Below, one piece after another: positions 10,036 through 19,622 of a DNA stretch of 64,000 nucleotides (its first letter is position 1; each line of letters begins with the position of its first letter). Source of the DNA: an uncultured Alphaproteobacteria bacterium (GTDB lineage Bacteria > Pseudomonadota > Alphaproteobacteria > Rhodobacterales > Rhodobacteraceae); NCBI GenBank assembly GCA_902573735.1, contig CACGLH010000006.1, positions 13,282-77,281 on the forward strand. Reading direction: 5' to 3'. The position numbers were made by a program, and so were the translations under genes. Below the pieces are notes generated by a model. It was not told the DNA's origin, made no database searches, and saw only the letters and a list, made by a program, of their open reading frames with translations.

Positions 10036-10650
10036 ATGGGTGTTCACGATTTTTCAATAAACCCAGAAAGAGAAAATTTACAAAATACAGAAAGACCATC
10101 AGAAACAGAGGTGCTAGAAGCGGTAAAAACTCTACTGAGATGGACAGGAGATAATCCTGACAGAGACGGTTTAAAAGATACACCAAAGAGAGTTTTAAAG
10201 GCCTACAGCGAATGGTTTGGTGGATATAATGAAGATCCCAAATTATTATTGAGCAAAACTTTTGAAGAGGTACAGGGATATAATGATTGGGTTATTTTAG
10301 ACTCTATTAGAGTAGAGAGTTACTGCGAACATCACCTGGCTCCAATTATCGGAGTAGCAAAGGTAGGGTATCTACCAAATGGGTTAGTTGTTGGAATATC
10401 AAAATTAGTTAGGGTTGTTAATGCATATGCTAAAAGACTTCAAATTCAAGAAAGACTTACCAGAGAAATAGCTTTAGCAATTCAAGAAACCTTAAATCCT
10501 AATGCTGTCGCTGTAGCAATAAAAGCAGAGCACCATTGCATGTGCACAAGGGGTGTAAATAAACCTGGTACTAAAATGCTTACTAGTTCATTTATAGGCG
10601 AAGCAGAAAAAAATCTTGAATTTAGGAGATCTTTTTTAGAAATGGAATAG
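10036..10650 (+). CDS. folE: GTP cyclohydrolase I (Zn-dependent type IA)
   Basis: RDGLKDTPKRV, CEHH, GISK..R, RLQIQERLT, H.CM..RGV. Confidence 0.96.
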   Translation: MGVHDFSINPERENLQNTERPSETEVLEAVKTLLRWTGDNPDRDGLKDTPKRVLKAYSEWFGGYNEDPKLLLSKTFEEVQGYNDWVILDSIRVESYCEHHLAPIIGVAKVGYLPNGLVVGISKLVRVVNAYAKRLQIQERLTREIALAIQETLNPNAVAVAIKAEHHCMCTRGVNKPGTKMLTSSFIGEAEKNLEFRRSFLEME

Positions 10651-10754
10651 TTTTAACTAATGTAGTTGTAAATTATAAAAAATACCTTTTATAGTTGACC
10701 AAAATTGTTGTAAACAATCGATGAAACTAATATTTTTTTAAGAAAGCTTAATTT

Positions 10755-11654
10755 TTGCCTGACTCATTCCAAGAAATTATTCAAAAATTAAATGAATATT
10801 GGGCTTCAGTAGGGTGCATTATTTTACAGCCTTATGATTTAGAGGTTGGTGCCGGTACTTTTCATCCAGCAACTACCTTAAGAGCTCTAGGAAAAAAACA
10901 TTGGCATGCCGCTTATGTTCAACCCTCTAGAAGGCCTACTGATGGTAGGTATGGTGCAAACCCCAATAGGCTTCAACATTTTTACCAATACCAAGTTATT
11001 CTTAAACCCTCGCCTTTCGAAATGCAGGAATTATATCTTAATAGTTTAAAATCTATAGGGATAAATTTTAATAATCATGATATAAGATTTGTTGAGGACG
11101 ATTGGGAAAGTCCTACACTTGGTGCATGGGGGTTAGGATGGGAAGTTTGGTGTGATGGAATGGAAGTTAGCCAATTTACATATTTCCAACAAGTAGGAGG
11201 AATAGACTGTAAACCAGTATCTGGTGAACTTACATATGGTTTAGAAAGAATAGCAATGTTTGTATTAGGTATTGATGATGTAATGGATTTACCTTTCAAT
11301 AGTCCAGAATGCATTTATCCAATGAAGTATTCAGATATCTTTCAAAAAGCAGAGAGGGAATATAGTCGTTGGAATTTCAATGTGGCCAATGAAGAAACAT
11401 TATTAAAACATTTTAGTGATTATGAAGAAGAATGTAATAGAATTTTATCTCAACCAAAAATTGATCCTCAAAGTGGTTATTCTATAATAATGGTTCAACC
11501 AGCCTATGATTATTGCATAAAAGCAAGTCACCTATTCAATCTATTAGATTCAAGAGGAGTAATTTCACCAACAGAGAGACAAAACTTTATTTCTAGAGTA
11601 AGAAATTTAGCTAAAAGTTGCGCTGAAGCTTATATAGTTTCTGAAAAGGATTAG
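10755..11654 (+). CDS. glyQ: Glycine--tRNA ligase alpha subunit
   Basis: [56 protein letters not shown]. Confidence 0.98.
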   Translation: MPDSFQEIIQKLNEYWASVGCIILQPYDLEVGAGTFHPATTLRALGKKHWHAAYVQPSRRPTDGRYGANPNRLQHFYQYQVILKPSPFEMQELYLNSLKSIGINFNNHDIRFVEDDWESPTLGAWGLGWEVWCDGMEVSQFTYFQQVGGIDCKPVSGELTYGLERIAMFVLGIDDVMDLPFNSPECIYPMKYSDIFQKAEREYSRWNFNVANEETLLKHFSDYEEECNRILSQPKIDPQSGYSIIMVQPAYDYCIKASHLFNLLDSRGVISPTERQNFISRVRNLAKSCAEAYIVSEKD

Positions 11655-11665
11655 TATTCGAGAAA

Positions 11666-12106
11666 ATGTCTGGCAAAATTACTGTAATATTATTAATAGG
11701 CGTAACTTTAGTATTTGGGATTATTTTTTTCTATTTTCAGAATTTTGCATATTATTCAAAAGTGTCAAATAAAGAAGTAATAATGGTAAATAATAAACTA
11801 ATAAAAGTAAAAGAGTATCTGGGGATAAGATCAGATGTGTCAAAATTAAAACTACGAGGATGTTTTAAAGTTGATCCATCATTATTTGAAAAATTTGATG
11901 AAGATGATAAAGCTTCACCTTTATCTGCTCCGTTTTGGTTTAAATGTTTTGATTATGAAGAAATTCAATCTGATATTGATAAGGGACTATTAAAAGCTTA
12001 CCTTGCAGAGGAAAATGAAACACTTGGGATAGATAGATATATTGCTATTTCTAAAAATGGTTTAGGATATGAATGGCGTCAGCTAAATGAAATATTTGTG
12101 AAATAA
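11666..12106 (+). CDS. DUF6446-like membrane-anchored protein
   Basis: N-terminal TM, YY.Q.FAYY, R.CF, PL.AP.WF.CFD, GIDR, W.Q.N; Rhodobacterales gene between glyQ and glyS. Confidence 0.75.
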   Translation: MSGKITVILLIGVTLVFGIIFFYFQNFAYYSKVSNKEVIMVNNKLIKVKEYLGIRSDVSKLKLRGCFKVDPSLFEKFDEDDKASPLSAPFWFKCFDYEEIQSDIDKGLLKAYLAEENETLGIDRYIAISKNGLGYEWRQLNEIFVK

Positions 12107-12110
12107 AAAA

Positions 12111-14174
12111 ATGTCTGATTTGGTTTTAGAGTTTTATTCAGAAGAAATTCCCTCTAGAATGCAGTACAATGCCTCTCTTTATCTAGAGAATTTTTTTATT
12201 GATGAATTATTACATGCTCGTTTAAATTACGCTAAACTTAATACTTTTGTAACCCCTCGAAGATTAACCCTTATAATTAATGATCTTTCAGAAAGTTCAA
12301 AAATTTCTTTTGAAGAAAAGAGAGGGCCAAGAGTTGGTTCACCAAGTAAAGCAATAGAGGGTTTTGCTCGTTCACTGAATATAGATAAATCTTTACTATA
12401 TACAAAAAAAGAAAAAAAAGGTGAGTTTTATTTCTATAAATCTAAAAAAAAGAGCATTACTTTAACTGATATTATAGGACAAATCTCTAAAAATTTATTA
12501 ACTAATTTTCCATGGAAAAAGTCAATGAGATGGGGAGAAGGAAATTTAAGATGGGTAAGACCTCTAAAATTTGTTTATTGTTCTCTTTTTAATAATGAAA
12601 ATGATTTTGAAATCATAGATTTGAAACTTAATGAGGTAAAATCAGTAAATTTTACTTTTGGTCATTATTTAATTTCTTCAAAAAAAATTTATCCTAAAAG
12701 TGTAAGTGACTATTTACAAAAATTATTTGAAAATAAAGTTATATTGGATAGGGATGAGAGAAAAAAAATAATTATTGATGCCACTAAGAATTTATTAAAA
12801 AATAAGCATAGTTCTATTATTTTTGATGAAGAACTTTTAGAAGAAATAGTAGGATTGGTTGAGTGGCCAGTAGTTTTTTTAGGACAAATTGATAAAGAAT
12901 TCTTATCCCTACCGAAAGAAATTTTAAGAGTCACTATGAAAGAGCATCAAAAATTTTTATCTGTTTTTAATAAAAATAAAAATTTAATAGATCAATTTAT
13001 AGTTGTCGCAAATATGTTGGCAAAAGACGGTGGAAAAGCTATCCTAGATGGGAATACAAGAGTTTTAAGATCCAGGTTAAAAGATGCAAAATTCTTTTTT
13101 GAAAATGATTTAAGGGTTATAAAAACTGAAGGGCTATCAAGTTTTACTAAAAATTTAAGTAAAGTTACTTTTCATAATAAGATTGGAAGTCAATTAGATA
13201 GAATTAATAATATTGAGGAACTTTCAAAAAAAATTTCTCATCTATTAGGTGTAGATTCTTCAAAATGTGTAATTGCTTCTAGAATATGTAAAACAGATTT
13301 GGTTACACAAGTTGTTTCAGAATTCCCTGAATTACAAGGGATAATTGGCAAAATTTACGCTGACCAAGAAGGCATTGATAAAATTATAGCCCATTCAATT
13401 GAAGAACATTATTGGCCAATGAAATTAAATGATAAAGTACCTACTGAGCCAATATCAATAGTTTTAGCTTTAGCAGACAAAATTAATACTTTGATAAGTT
13501 TTTGGAAGATAAATGAAAAACCAACTAGTTCAAAAGATCCTTATGCTTTGAGAAGGTCTGCAATAGGTTTAATCAGAATTCTTATTGAAAATAAAATTGA
13601 CTTAGACATAAATAAATTGATTCATAATTATTTAGAAATAAATGTTTCTAATGATCTGATTAAATTTATAGAAGATAGGTTTAGAGTATATTTATTAGAA
13701 AAAGAATTTAGTAATGTTTTATTAGATGCATGTTTAGCATTATTCGAATTTAATAATCCTTTCTTGTTCTATTTAAAAATAGAAAGTTTAAAAAACTTTC
13801 AAAAAACAAAAGAGTTCACCAAGTTAATTAATTCCTACAAAAGACCTATAAATATTTTAAATTCGGAAGAAAAGAAAAGTAATGATATTTACTCTGGCGA
13901 GCCATTAGTTGAACTTTTTGAAAAAAAAGATGAACGAGAGCTTTACGAAAAACTTATAACAGTAGAGAAAAAAGTTATAAATTTAATTAAAAGAAACGAC
14001 TATAAAAAAGTACTAATATTCCTAGCATCTTTTGATCAAGAAATAGAAAACTTTTTCGAAAATGTTGTTATCAACGCAACTGAAAAAAATATTAAAACAA
14101 ATAGGCTAAATTTATGTAATAAAGTAAGAAAAATCATGCATTCAGTTGCTTGTTTTGAACATTTCAATGTTTAA
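12111..14174 (+). CDS. glyS: Glycine--tRNA ligase beta subunit
   Basis: SEEIP.RMQ, TPRRL, FPWKKSMRWG, WVRPL, EFPELQG, SKDPYALRR. Confidence 0.97.
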   Translation: MSDLVLEFYSEEIPSRMQYNASLYLENFFIDELLHARLNYAKLNTFVTPRRLTLIINDLSESSKISFEEKRGPRVGSPSKAIEGFARSLNIDKSLLYTKKEKKGEFYFYKSKKKSITLTDIIGQISKNLLTNFPWKKSMRWGEGNLRWVRPLKFVYCSLFNNENDFEIIDLKLNEVKSVNFTFGHYLISSKKIYPKSVSDYLQKLFENKVILDRDERKKIIIDATKNLLKNKHSSIIFDEELLEEIVGLVEWPVVFLGQIDKEFLSLPKEILRVTMKEHQKFLSVFNKNKNLIDQFIVVANMLAKDGGKAILDGNTRVLRSRLKDAKFFFENDLRVIKTEGLSSFTKNLSKVTFHNKIGSQLDRINNIEELSKKISHLLGVDSSKCVIASRICKTDLVTQVVSEFPELQGIIGKIYADQEGIDKIIAHSIEEHYWPMKLNDKVPTEPISIVLALADKINTLISFWKINEKPTSSKDPYALRRSAIGLIRILIENKIDLDINKLIHNYLEINVSNDLIKFIEDRFRVYLLEKEFSNVLLDACLALFEFNNPFLFYLKIESLKNFQKTKEFTKLINSYKRPINILNSEEKKSNDIYSGEPLVELFEKKDERELYEKLITVEKKVINLIKRNDYKKVLIFLASFDQEIENFFENVVINATEKNIKTNRLNLCNKVRKIMHSVACFEHFNV

Positions 14175-14193
14175 TAGTACCTCAAGAATATAG

Positions 14194-16773
14194 ATGAAAA
14201 AAAACAAAAGATTATTAATTCCAGTATCTTCTGAAATTGATATATGTCAAAAAAAGTTTGGAGAGAAAGCTATCATTATTTCTAATTTGGGAAAGATTGG
14301 TTTTCCAGTTGTCGATGGCTTTTTTGTTTCCTCTGATGTTCTCAAACAAATAGACCTTGGAAAAGAATCTCCAGAATTTCCAAATAATTTTTTAGTAAAT
14401 GGTCCTTTTTGTTTAAGATCTAGCCCAAACAGCAAAGAATTAGCTGGACCAGAAGCCTTTTTATATTTGGGTTTAAATAGAGAGATGGTTGATGAATTAT
14501 CAAAAAAAATTGGCAAAAAATTTTCAAACCTTTTATACTTAAATCATATTAAAAACTTCAGTGTAAGAGTTTTCGATTTAGAAGTAGATTTTTTTGAAAA
14601 TAAAATTTTGAAAACTCTTGAGAGCAAACAAGTACATTCTGTCAATAATCTAGATGTAAAATCTTTAAATATTTTAATTAGTGAATTTGAACATTATTGT
14701 AGGACTAGTTTGGGTTTCGATTTTCCTCAAGATCCGTCAAAGCAAATACATTATGGATTTAAAACGATATTAAACGAATGGCAGAGTTCAACATCAAAAA
14801 TATTAAGGAGTTCATTAGGATGTATTGGTAACGATTATATTGGTTTAATAATTCAAAAAATGATATTTAAGAATTTAAAGTCTACTGATATTGATCTAGA
14901 AATACAATTCATTGATACTGACACTGGTAAAGAAAAAATCAATGGTTCATGTCAAAAAGGTGGGAATCGTTATTCTTCTCCAAGATACTTTGATGGTTTT
15001 AGTTTCAAAAAATTATTATCAGAAAATATTGAGATTGGTCGACCAAAATTTAATATATTTTCAAATCCTTTTTTTAATAAAATTCAGAAACTAGACAAAT
15101 TAGCTACTAATCTTTTTGAAAAAAAACTTAAATATAAGTTTATATTAAGTCATAATAATCTTTTTTTGATAGATGCTAATAATGTTGATTTGAAACCTTC
15201 AGCTATTATGAAACTTCAAATAGATAAAGTCAAAAAAGGCATCATTAGCAAACAAAAAATGCTTGCCAATATAGACCCAGAAATGTTTATTCAGTCTTTA
15301 CATCCACAAATTAATCAAAGTTCTAAATTGGACATTATTGGAATTGGATTGCCAGCAAGTCCAGGTGGTATTTCTGGAAGAATTGCATTTAAAGCTGAAG
15401 AAGCGATAAAAATGAGTTCAAAAGGAATTACTGTAGTGCTGGTCAGAAGTGAAACAAGTTCTGAAGATATAAGAGGGATGCATGCATCTGCTGGAGTCCT
15501 TACATTGAGGGGTGGTATGAGTAGTCATGCTGCAGTAGTTGCACGTGGTCTTGGTAAACCATGTGTTGTAGGAGTAAGCGATTTAAATGTTAATAGTAGC
15601 TTAAATGCAATAATTACATCAACTGGAGAAGTATTGAAATCAGGTGAAATGATTACAATTGATGGATCAACAGGCCAAGTATCAAAAGGTAGTGCTAAAA
15701 TGGTACAACCAAAACTTTCTAAAAATTTTTTTGAAATCTTGAATTGGGCAAGTGGTCTTGGAAAAATAAGTGTCAAAGCTAATGCCGACACTGTAAAAGA
15801 GGCTGAACATGCAAAAGGATTTAAAGTTGATGGTATCGGATTATGCAGAACTGAACATATGTTTTTTGAAAAAAACTCTTTGCAAATAATGCAAAAAATT
15901 CTGTTGTCTTCAAATAATAATGATAAGTTAAATTTTATCTCTAATCTTTCAAAAATACAGGAATTAGAGTTTGAGAATATTTTCAAAATAATGCGTTTTA
16001 AAACTGTAACAATCAGATTGTTAGATTTACCTGTTCATGAATTTTTACCAAATAGTGTTAATGAATTAGAGCTATTGGCTGATGAGTTAAAACTGACCTT
16101 TTTACAATTATCTCACCTTTGTAGGCAAATGGCTGAGATAAATCCAATGTTGGGTAAAAGAGGAGTTAGATTGGGTATTCTTTTACCAGAATTATATAAA
16201 ATGCAAGTACAAGCTATAATTAAAGCTAGCATAAATATTTATGGAAAGAATCAATCAAAATTTCCCCCTGAAATAATGTTACCAATGGTTTCGACTTTCA
16301 AGGAAGTTAATTGGCTTAAAAATTTGATTGACGATGTAATAATGAAATTAAGTGAAGGAATTAATTTTAAAATTAGTTATAAGTTAGGTGTTATGGTTGA
16401 GACACCACGAGCAGCATTAAAAGCAGGCGAGTTATCAAAAATAAGTTCTTTTTTAAGTTTTGGGACTAATGACCTTACACAAATGACATATGGGTTAAGC
16501 AGGGATGACTCTGGTTCATTTATGAGAAATTATTTAGAAAAAGAAATATTTCCTGAAGATCCATTTAGATCATTAGATCTACATGGTGTTGGAGAACTAT
16601 TAAAAATTGCTTCAAAAAGAAGTAGAATAGCTAATCCCTTTATCAAAATAGGTATTTGTGGAGAACATGGCGGAGATCCAAAATCTATTGAATTTTGTAA
16701 AAAAATTGGTTTAGATTTCGTTTCTTGTTCAACATATAGAGTACCTATTGCTAGACTTGCGGCTGCAAAATAA
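14194..16773 (+). CDS. ppdK: Pyruvate,phosphate dikinase homologue (PEP-utilising protein with divergent N-terminal domain)
   Basis: GLPASPG, GGMSSHAAVVARG phospho-His, GIGLCRTEHMFF, NPMLG.RG.R, FGTNDLTQ, ICGEHGGDP; N-terminal ATP-grasp motifs largely lost. Confidence 0.85.
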   Translation: MKKNKRLLIPVSSEIDICQKKFGEKAIIISNLGKIGFPVVDGFFVSSDVLKQIDLGKESPEFPNNFLVNGPFCLRSSPNSKELAGPEAFLYLGLNREMVDELSKKIGKKFSNLLYLNHIKNFSVRVFDLEVDFFENKILKTLESKQVHSVNNLDVKSLNILISEFEHYCRTSLGFDFPQDPSKQIHYGFKTILNEWQSSTSKILRSSLGCIGNDYIGLIIQKMIFKNLKSTDIDLEIQFIDTDTGKEKINGSCQKGGNRYSSPRYFDGFSFKKLLSENIEIGRPKFNIFSNPFFNKIQKLDKLATNLFEKKLKYKFILSHNNLFLIDANNVDLKPSAIMKLQIDKVKKGIISKQKMLANIDPEMFIQSLHPQINQSSKLDIIGIGLPASPGGISGRIAFKAEEAIKMSSKGITVVLVRSETSSEDIRGMHASAGVLTLRGGMSSHAAVVARGLGKPCVVGVSDLNVNSSLNAIITSTGEVLKSGEMITIDGSTGQVSKGSAKMVQPKLSKNFFEILNWASGLGKISVKANADTVKEAEHAKGFKVDGIGLCRTEHMFFEKNSLQIMQKILLSSNNNDKLNFISNLSKIQELEFENIFKIMRFKTVTIRLLDLPVHEFLPNSVNELELLADELKLTFLQLSHLCRQMAEINPMLGKRGVRLGILLPELYKMQVQAIIKASINIYGKNQSKFPPEIMLPMVSTFKEVNWLKNLIDDVIMKLSEGINFKISYKLGVMVETPRAALKAGELSKISSFLSFGTNDLTQMTYGLSRDDSGSFMRNYLEKEIFPEDPFRSLDLHGVGELLKIASKRSRIANPFIKIGICGEHGGDPKSIEFCKKIGLDFVSCSTYRVPIARLAAAK

Positions 16774-16874
16774 TTTTAATATTGAAATCATCTATTTAAA
16801 TTTTTTTATATAAAGCTTGCATGATTGTCATATTAGCATTATGAGCTACTCACTTAGTTTTAATTATTAAAATC

Positions 16875-17534
16875 ATGTATTATTTTCGAAAAATATTAAT
16901 TTCTATTTTATTTTATTTACTTTTTATATTTTTTTATAATTTGGGAATTGCAGAAGAACTAAATAGTGAACTTGAAACAAAAGAAGTAGATTCTTTTAAA
17001 TTATTAAAAGATTTTGTAGAGTCCGATTTATTTTTAATTTCTTCTTTAGATCAAAATATTTTGAAAAACTTATCTGGTTTTGCAAGATATGATAGGGAAA
17101 AGTTTTCCTTTGATGCTCTAGATAAATTACCTCAGCCTAAAACTTCATCAGAAATGAAATGTTTGGCTGAAGCTATTTATTTTGAAGCTAGAGGTGAATC
17201 GATTGAAGGACAATACGCTGTTGGAGAAGTAATAATTAATAGAGTTTTATCGGATGAATTTCCGAATAGTGTTTGTGGTGTCATTTCAGAAGGCGCTAAT
17301 AGATTAAATGCATGTCAATTTTCCTATAACTGTGATGGTAAACTGGAAACAATTAATGAAAAAAAAATTTATGGAAGAATTTTGAAGCTATCTAAAATAT
17401 TATTAGAACCATCAGCTAGGTTTCTAACTGGAGGAGCTACTTTTTACCATTCTAAATTTGTAAGCCCTAGTTGGTCAAAAAAATTTTTAAAAACAAATGA
17501 AATTGGTAATCATGTTTTTTATAAACTACCTTAA
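16875..17534 (+). CDS. Cell wall hydrolase, SleB/Hydrolase_2 family
   Basis: CLAEAIYFEARGE, V..VI.NRV...FPNSVCGV, CQFS..CDG, GATFYH..V.P.W, IGNH.FY. Confidence 0.93.
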   Translation: MYYFRKILISILFYLLFIFFYNLGIAEELNSELETKEVDSFKLLKDFVESDLFLISSLDQNILKNLSGFARYDREKFSFDALDKLPQPKTSSEMKCLAEAIYFEARGESIEGQYAVGEVIINRVLSDEFPNSVCGVISEGANRLNACQFSYNCDGKLETINEKKIYGRILKLSKILLEPSARFLTGGATFYHSKFVSPSWSKKFLKTNEIGNHVFYKLP

Positions 17535-17584
17535 ATAATTTATTAATTAGGGTAATAAAAAAATATTTATAATGGAGGTGATGA

Positions 17585-17938
17585 TTGGAACAGATTTTTG
17601 TTAAGGATTTTGTTCATGAAACTGAAATTGGAGTTTATCAATCTGAGTTTGGAAAAAAACAGAGATTAAAATTCAACGTATTTTTGACGATCGATTATTT
17701 AAATAAAAATAGAAATGATAATATTGAAGATGTAATTTCTTATGAAATTATTATTAATGCAATAAAAAAGCATACATCTGCAAGCAGGTTATATCTTTTA
17801 GAGACATTAGCTTCAAAAATATCTGAAACATGTTTTGAGGATCAAAGAGTTAAAAAAATTGACATTAAAATTGAAAAATTAGATAGAATAAAAGGATCAT
17901 TAGGTATTAGAATAGTAACAGAGAATAAACCAAAGTGA
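17585..17938 (+). CDS. folB: Dihydroneopterin aldolase
   Basis: IGVY..E...QRL.FNV, ISYE, LLETLA, IEK; TTG start after GGAGG. Confidence 0.9.
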   Translation: MEQIFVKDFVHETEIGVYQSEFGKKQRLKFNVFLTIDYLNKNRNDNIEDVISYEIIINAIKKHTSASRLYLLETLASKISETCFEDQRVKKIDIKIEKLDRIKGSLGIRIVTENKPK

Positions 17939-18588
17939 AGCAAGATTATAATATAGTTTTTGATCTTGATGGGACACTAGTTCACACAGCACCAGCTTTG
18001 ACTAAGGCAGCTAATAATTTACTTAATGAATTAAGCTTACCAAACATTAATACAAAGTTGTATTCTACTTTTATCGGTGGTGGTATAATAAAACAAGTGG
18101 AAAGGCTATTAAATTTTTATAAATACAAATATGATTCAGTGGATGAATATGTTAGGATATTTAAAAAACATTATTATATCGACCCATTTTTTCAAACCCA
18201 CCTTTTCCCAGATGTTAAAAGTGTATTAGCACAATTGAAATCTTCGAATTTTGATATGGCCATATGTACTCAAAAAAATAAAGAACCAGCTTTAAAAATT
18301 CTAGAATATTTTGACATTAAAGATTTTTTTTCAGGTTTTGCTTTTGGAGATTCATTAGATGTATTAAAACCAGATCCGTTAATGGTAGATTTTGCACTAA
18401 AAAGTTTTAATTCAAAAAAGACTATATATATAGGTGACAGTAAAACTGACTTAAAAACGGCAAGAAATTCAGATTCAATATTTTTTTTATTTACAGAAGG
18501 TTATAGAACAGAAAACATATCAGATTTAAATCCAGATTACTTTTTCTCAAAATATTCTGATTTAATGGCATTGATTAAAAAATTATGA
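17935..18588 (+). CDS. HAD-superfamily phosphatase (phosphoglycolate phosphatase-like)
   Basis: HAD motifs FDLDGT, CTQK, KPDP, IGDSKTD; GTG start overlaps the folB stop. Confidence 0.85.
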   Translation: MKQDYNIVFDLDGTLVHTAPALTKAANNLLNELSLPNINTKLYSTFIGGGIIKQVERLLNFYKYKYDSVDEYVRIFKKHYYIDPFFQTHLFPDVKSVLAQLKSSNFDMAICTQKNKEPALKILEYFDIKDFFSGFAFGDSLDVLKPDPLMVDFALKSFNSKKTIYIGDSKTDLKTARNSDSIFFLFTEGYRTENISDLNPDYFFSKYSDLMALIKKL

Positions 18589-18605
18589 TTTTTTGAGGAA
18601 AAAAT

Positions 18606-19607
18606 TTGACTAAATATTTTCAGCCATTAATAAATTTTGGTCCTGAAGCCACTAAAGGAAGCCTTTTTTTGTCAGATAGAAATTTCTGGTTTGATAAAGT
18701 TAAAGTAATTCAAAGAGGAAGAAAACCATTTATTATAAATTCGAATGATGTTCCTAAAACAGTAATTAAAGACATTTCAAATTCATTCAATTTATGTGGT
18801 TATAAAAACAGACCAGTTATAATGGGTGTGCTGAACCTTTCACCGGATAGTTTTTCTAATGTCAAAAACATACCTCAAAATAAATTACATAATTATATTG
18901 ACAATATAATTAATCAAGGTGCAGACATTATAGACATTGGAGGTGAGTCGACTAAGCCCAACTTCATTGATGTAGAAGATTTAGTAGAAATAAAAAGAAT
19001 AAAAAAAGTATTTAAGCTTATAAGTAAAAAATATTCATCAAAAATTTTTTCTATTGATACAAGAAAGTCACGTGTAGCTAATTTTGCCTTAAAAAATGGA
19101 GCAGCTATTTTTAACGATGTGTCTTCATTGCAGTATGACCCAAAAAGCATAAATGTTGTAAAAAAGCGTAAATGTTTTGTTTGCTTAATGCATAATTCAG
19201 GATCTGGAAAAGAACTTCATAAGAAGTTATTAGGAAAATATTATTTGCTAGATATTTATGACTATCTCCAAAACAGAATAAATTTTTTATTATCTTTTGG
19301 TATACCAAAATCTAAAATAATAATTGATCCAGGTATCGGTTTTGGCAAGTCCTTAAATCAAAATTTAAAAATCATTTCCAATATTGATCTATTCCATTCA
19401 CTAGGTTGTCCTATTCTTGTAGGATTATCAAGGAAAGGTTTTATTGGAAAAATAATAGGCCAGAAGGAACCAAAAAAAAGAGTGTTGAGTTCTGTAATTT
19501 TAGCATTTGAGCTTATAAAAAAAGGTGTTCATATTATTAGAGTTCATGATATTAAAGAAACTTCTGAGATGTTGAAGATTTTTAATAGTTTAAAATCAAA
19601 TTTTTAA
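18606..19607 (+). CDS. folP: Dihydropteroate synthase (with Rhodobacterales-type N-terminal extension)
   Basis: MGVLNLSPDSFS, DIGGEST.P, SIDT.K, NDVS, DPGIGFGK, SRK.F, IRVHD. Confidence 0.96.
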   Translation: MTKYFQPLINFGPEATKGSLFLSDRNFWFDKVKVIQRGRKPFIINSNDVPKTVIKDISNSFNLCGYKNRPVIMGVLNLSPDSFSNVKNIPQNKLHNYIDNIINQGADIIDIGGESTKPNFIDVEDLVEIKRIKKVFKLISKKYSSKIFSIDTRKSRVANFALKNGAAIFNDVSSLQYDPKSINVVKKRKCFVCLMHNSGSGKELHKKLLGKYYLLDIYDYLQNRINFLLSFGIPKSKIIIDPGIGFGKSLNQNLKIISNIDLFHSLGCPILVGLSRKGFIGKIIGQKEPKKRVLSSVILAFELIKKGVHIIRVHDIKETSEMLKIFNSLKSNF

Positions 19608-19622
19608 ACAAGAAAGTTTGTA

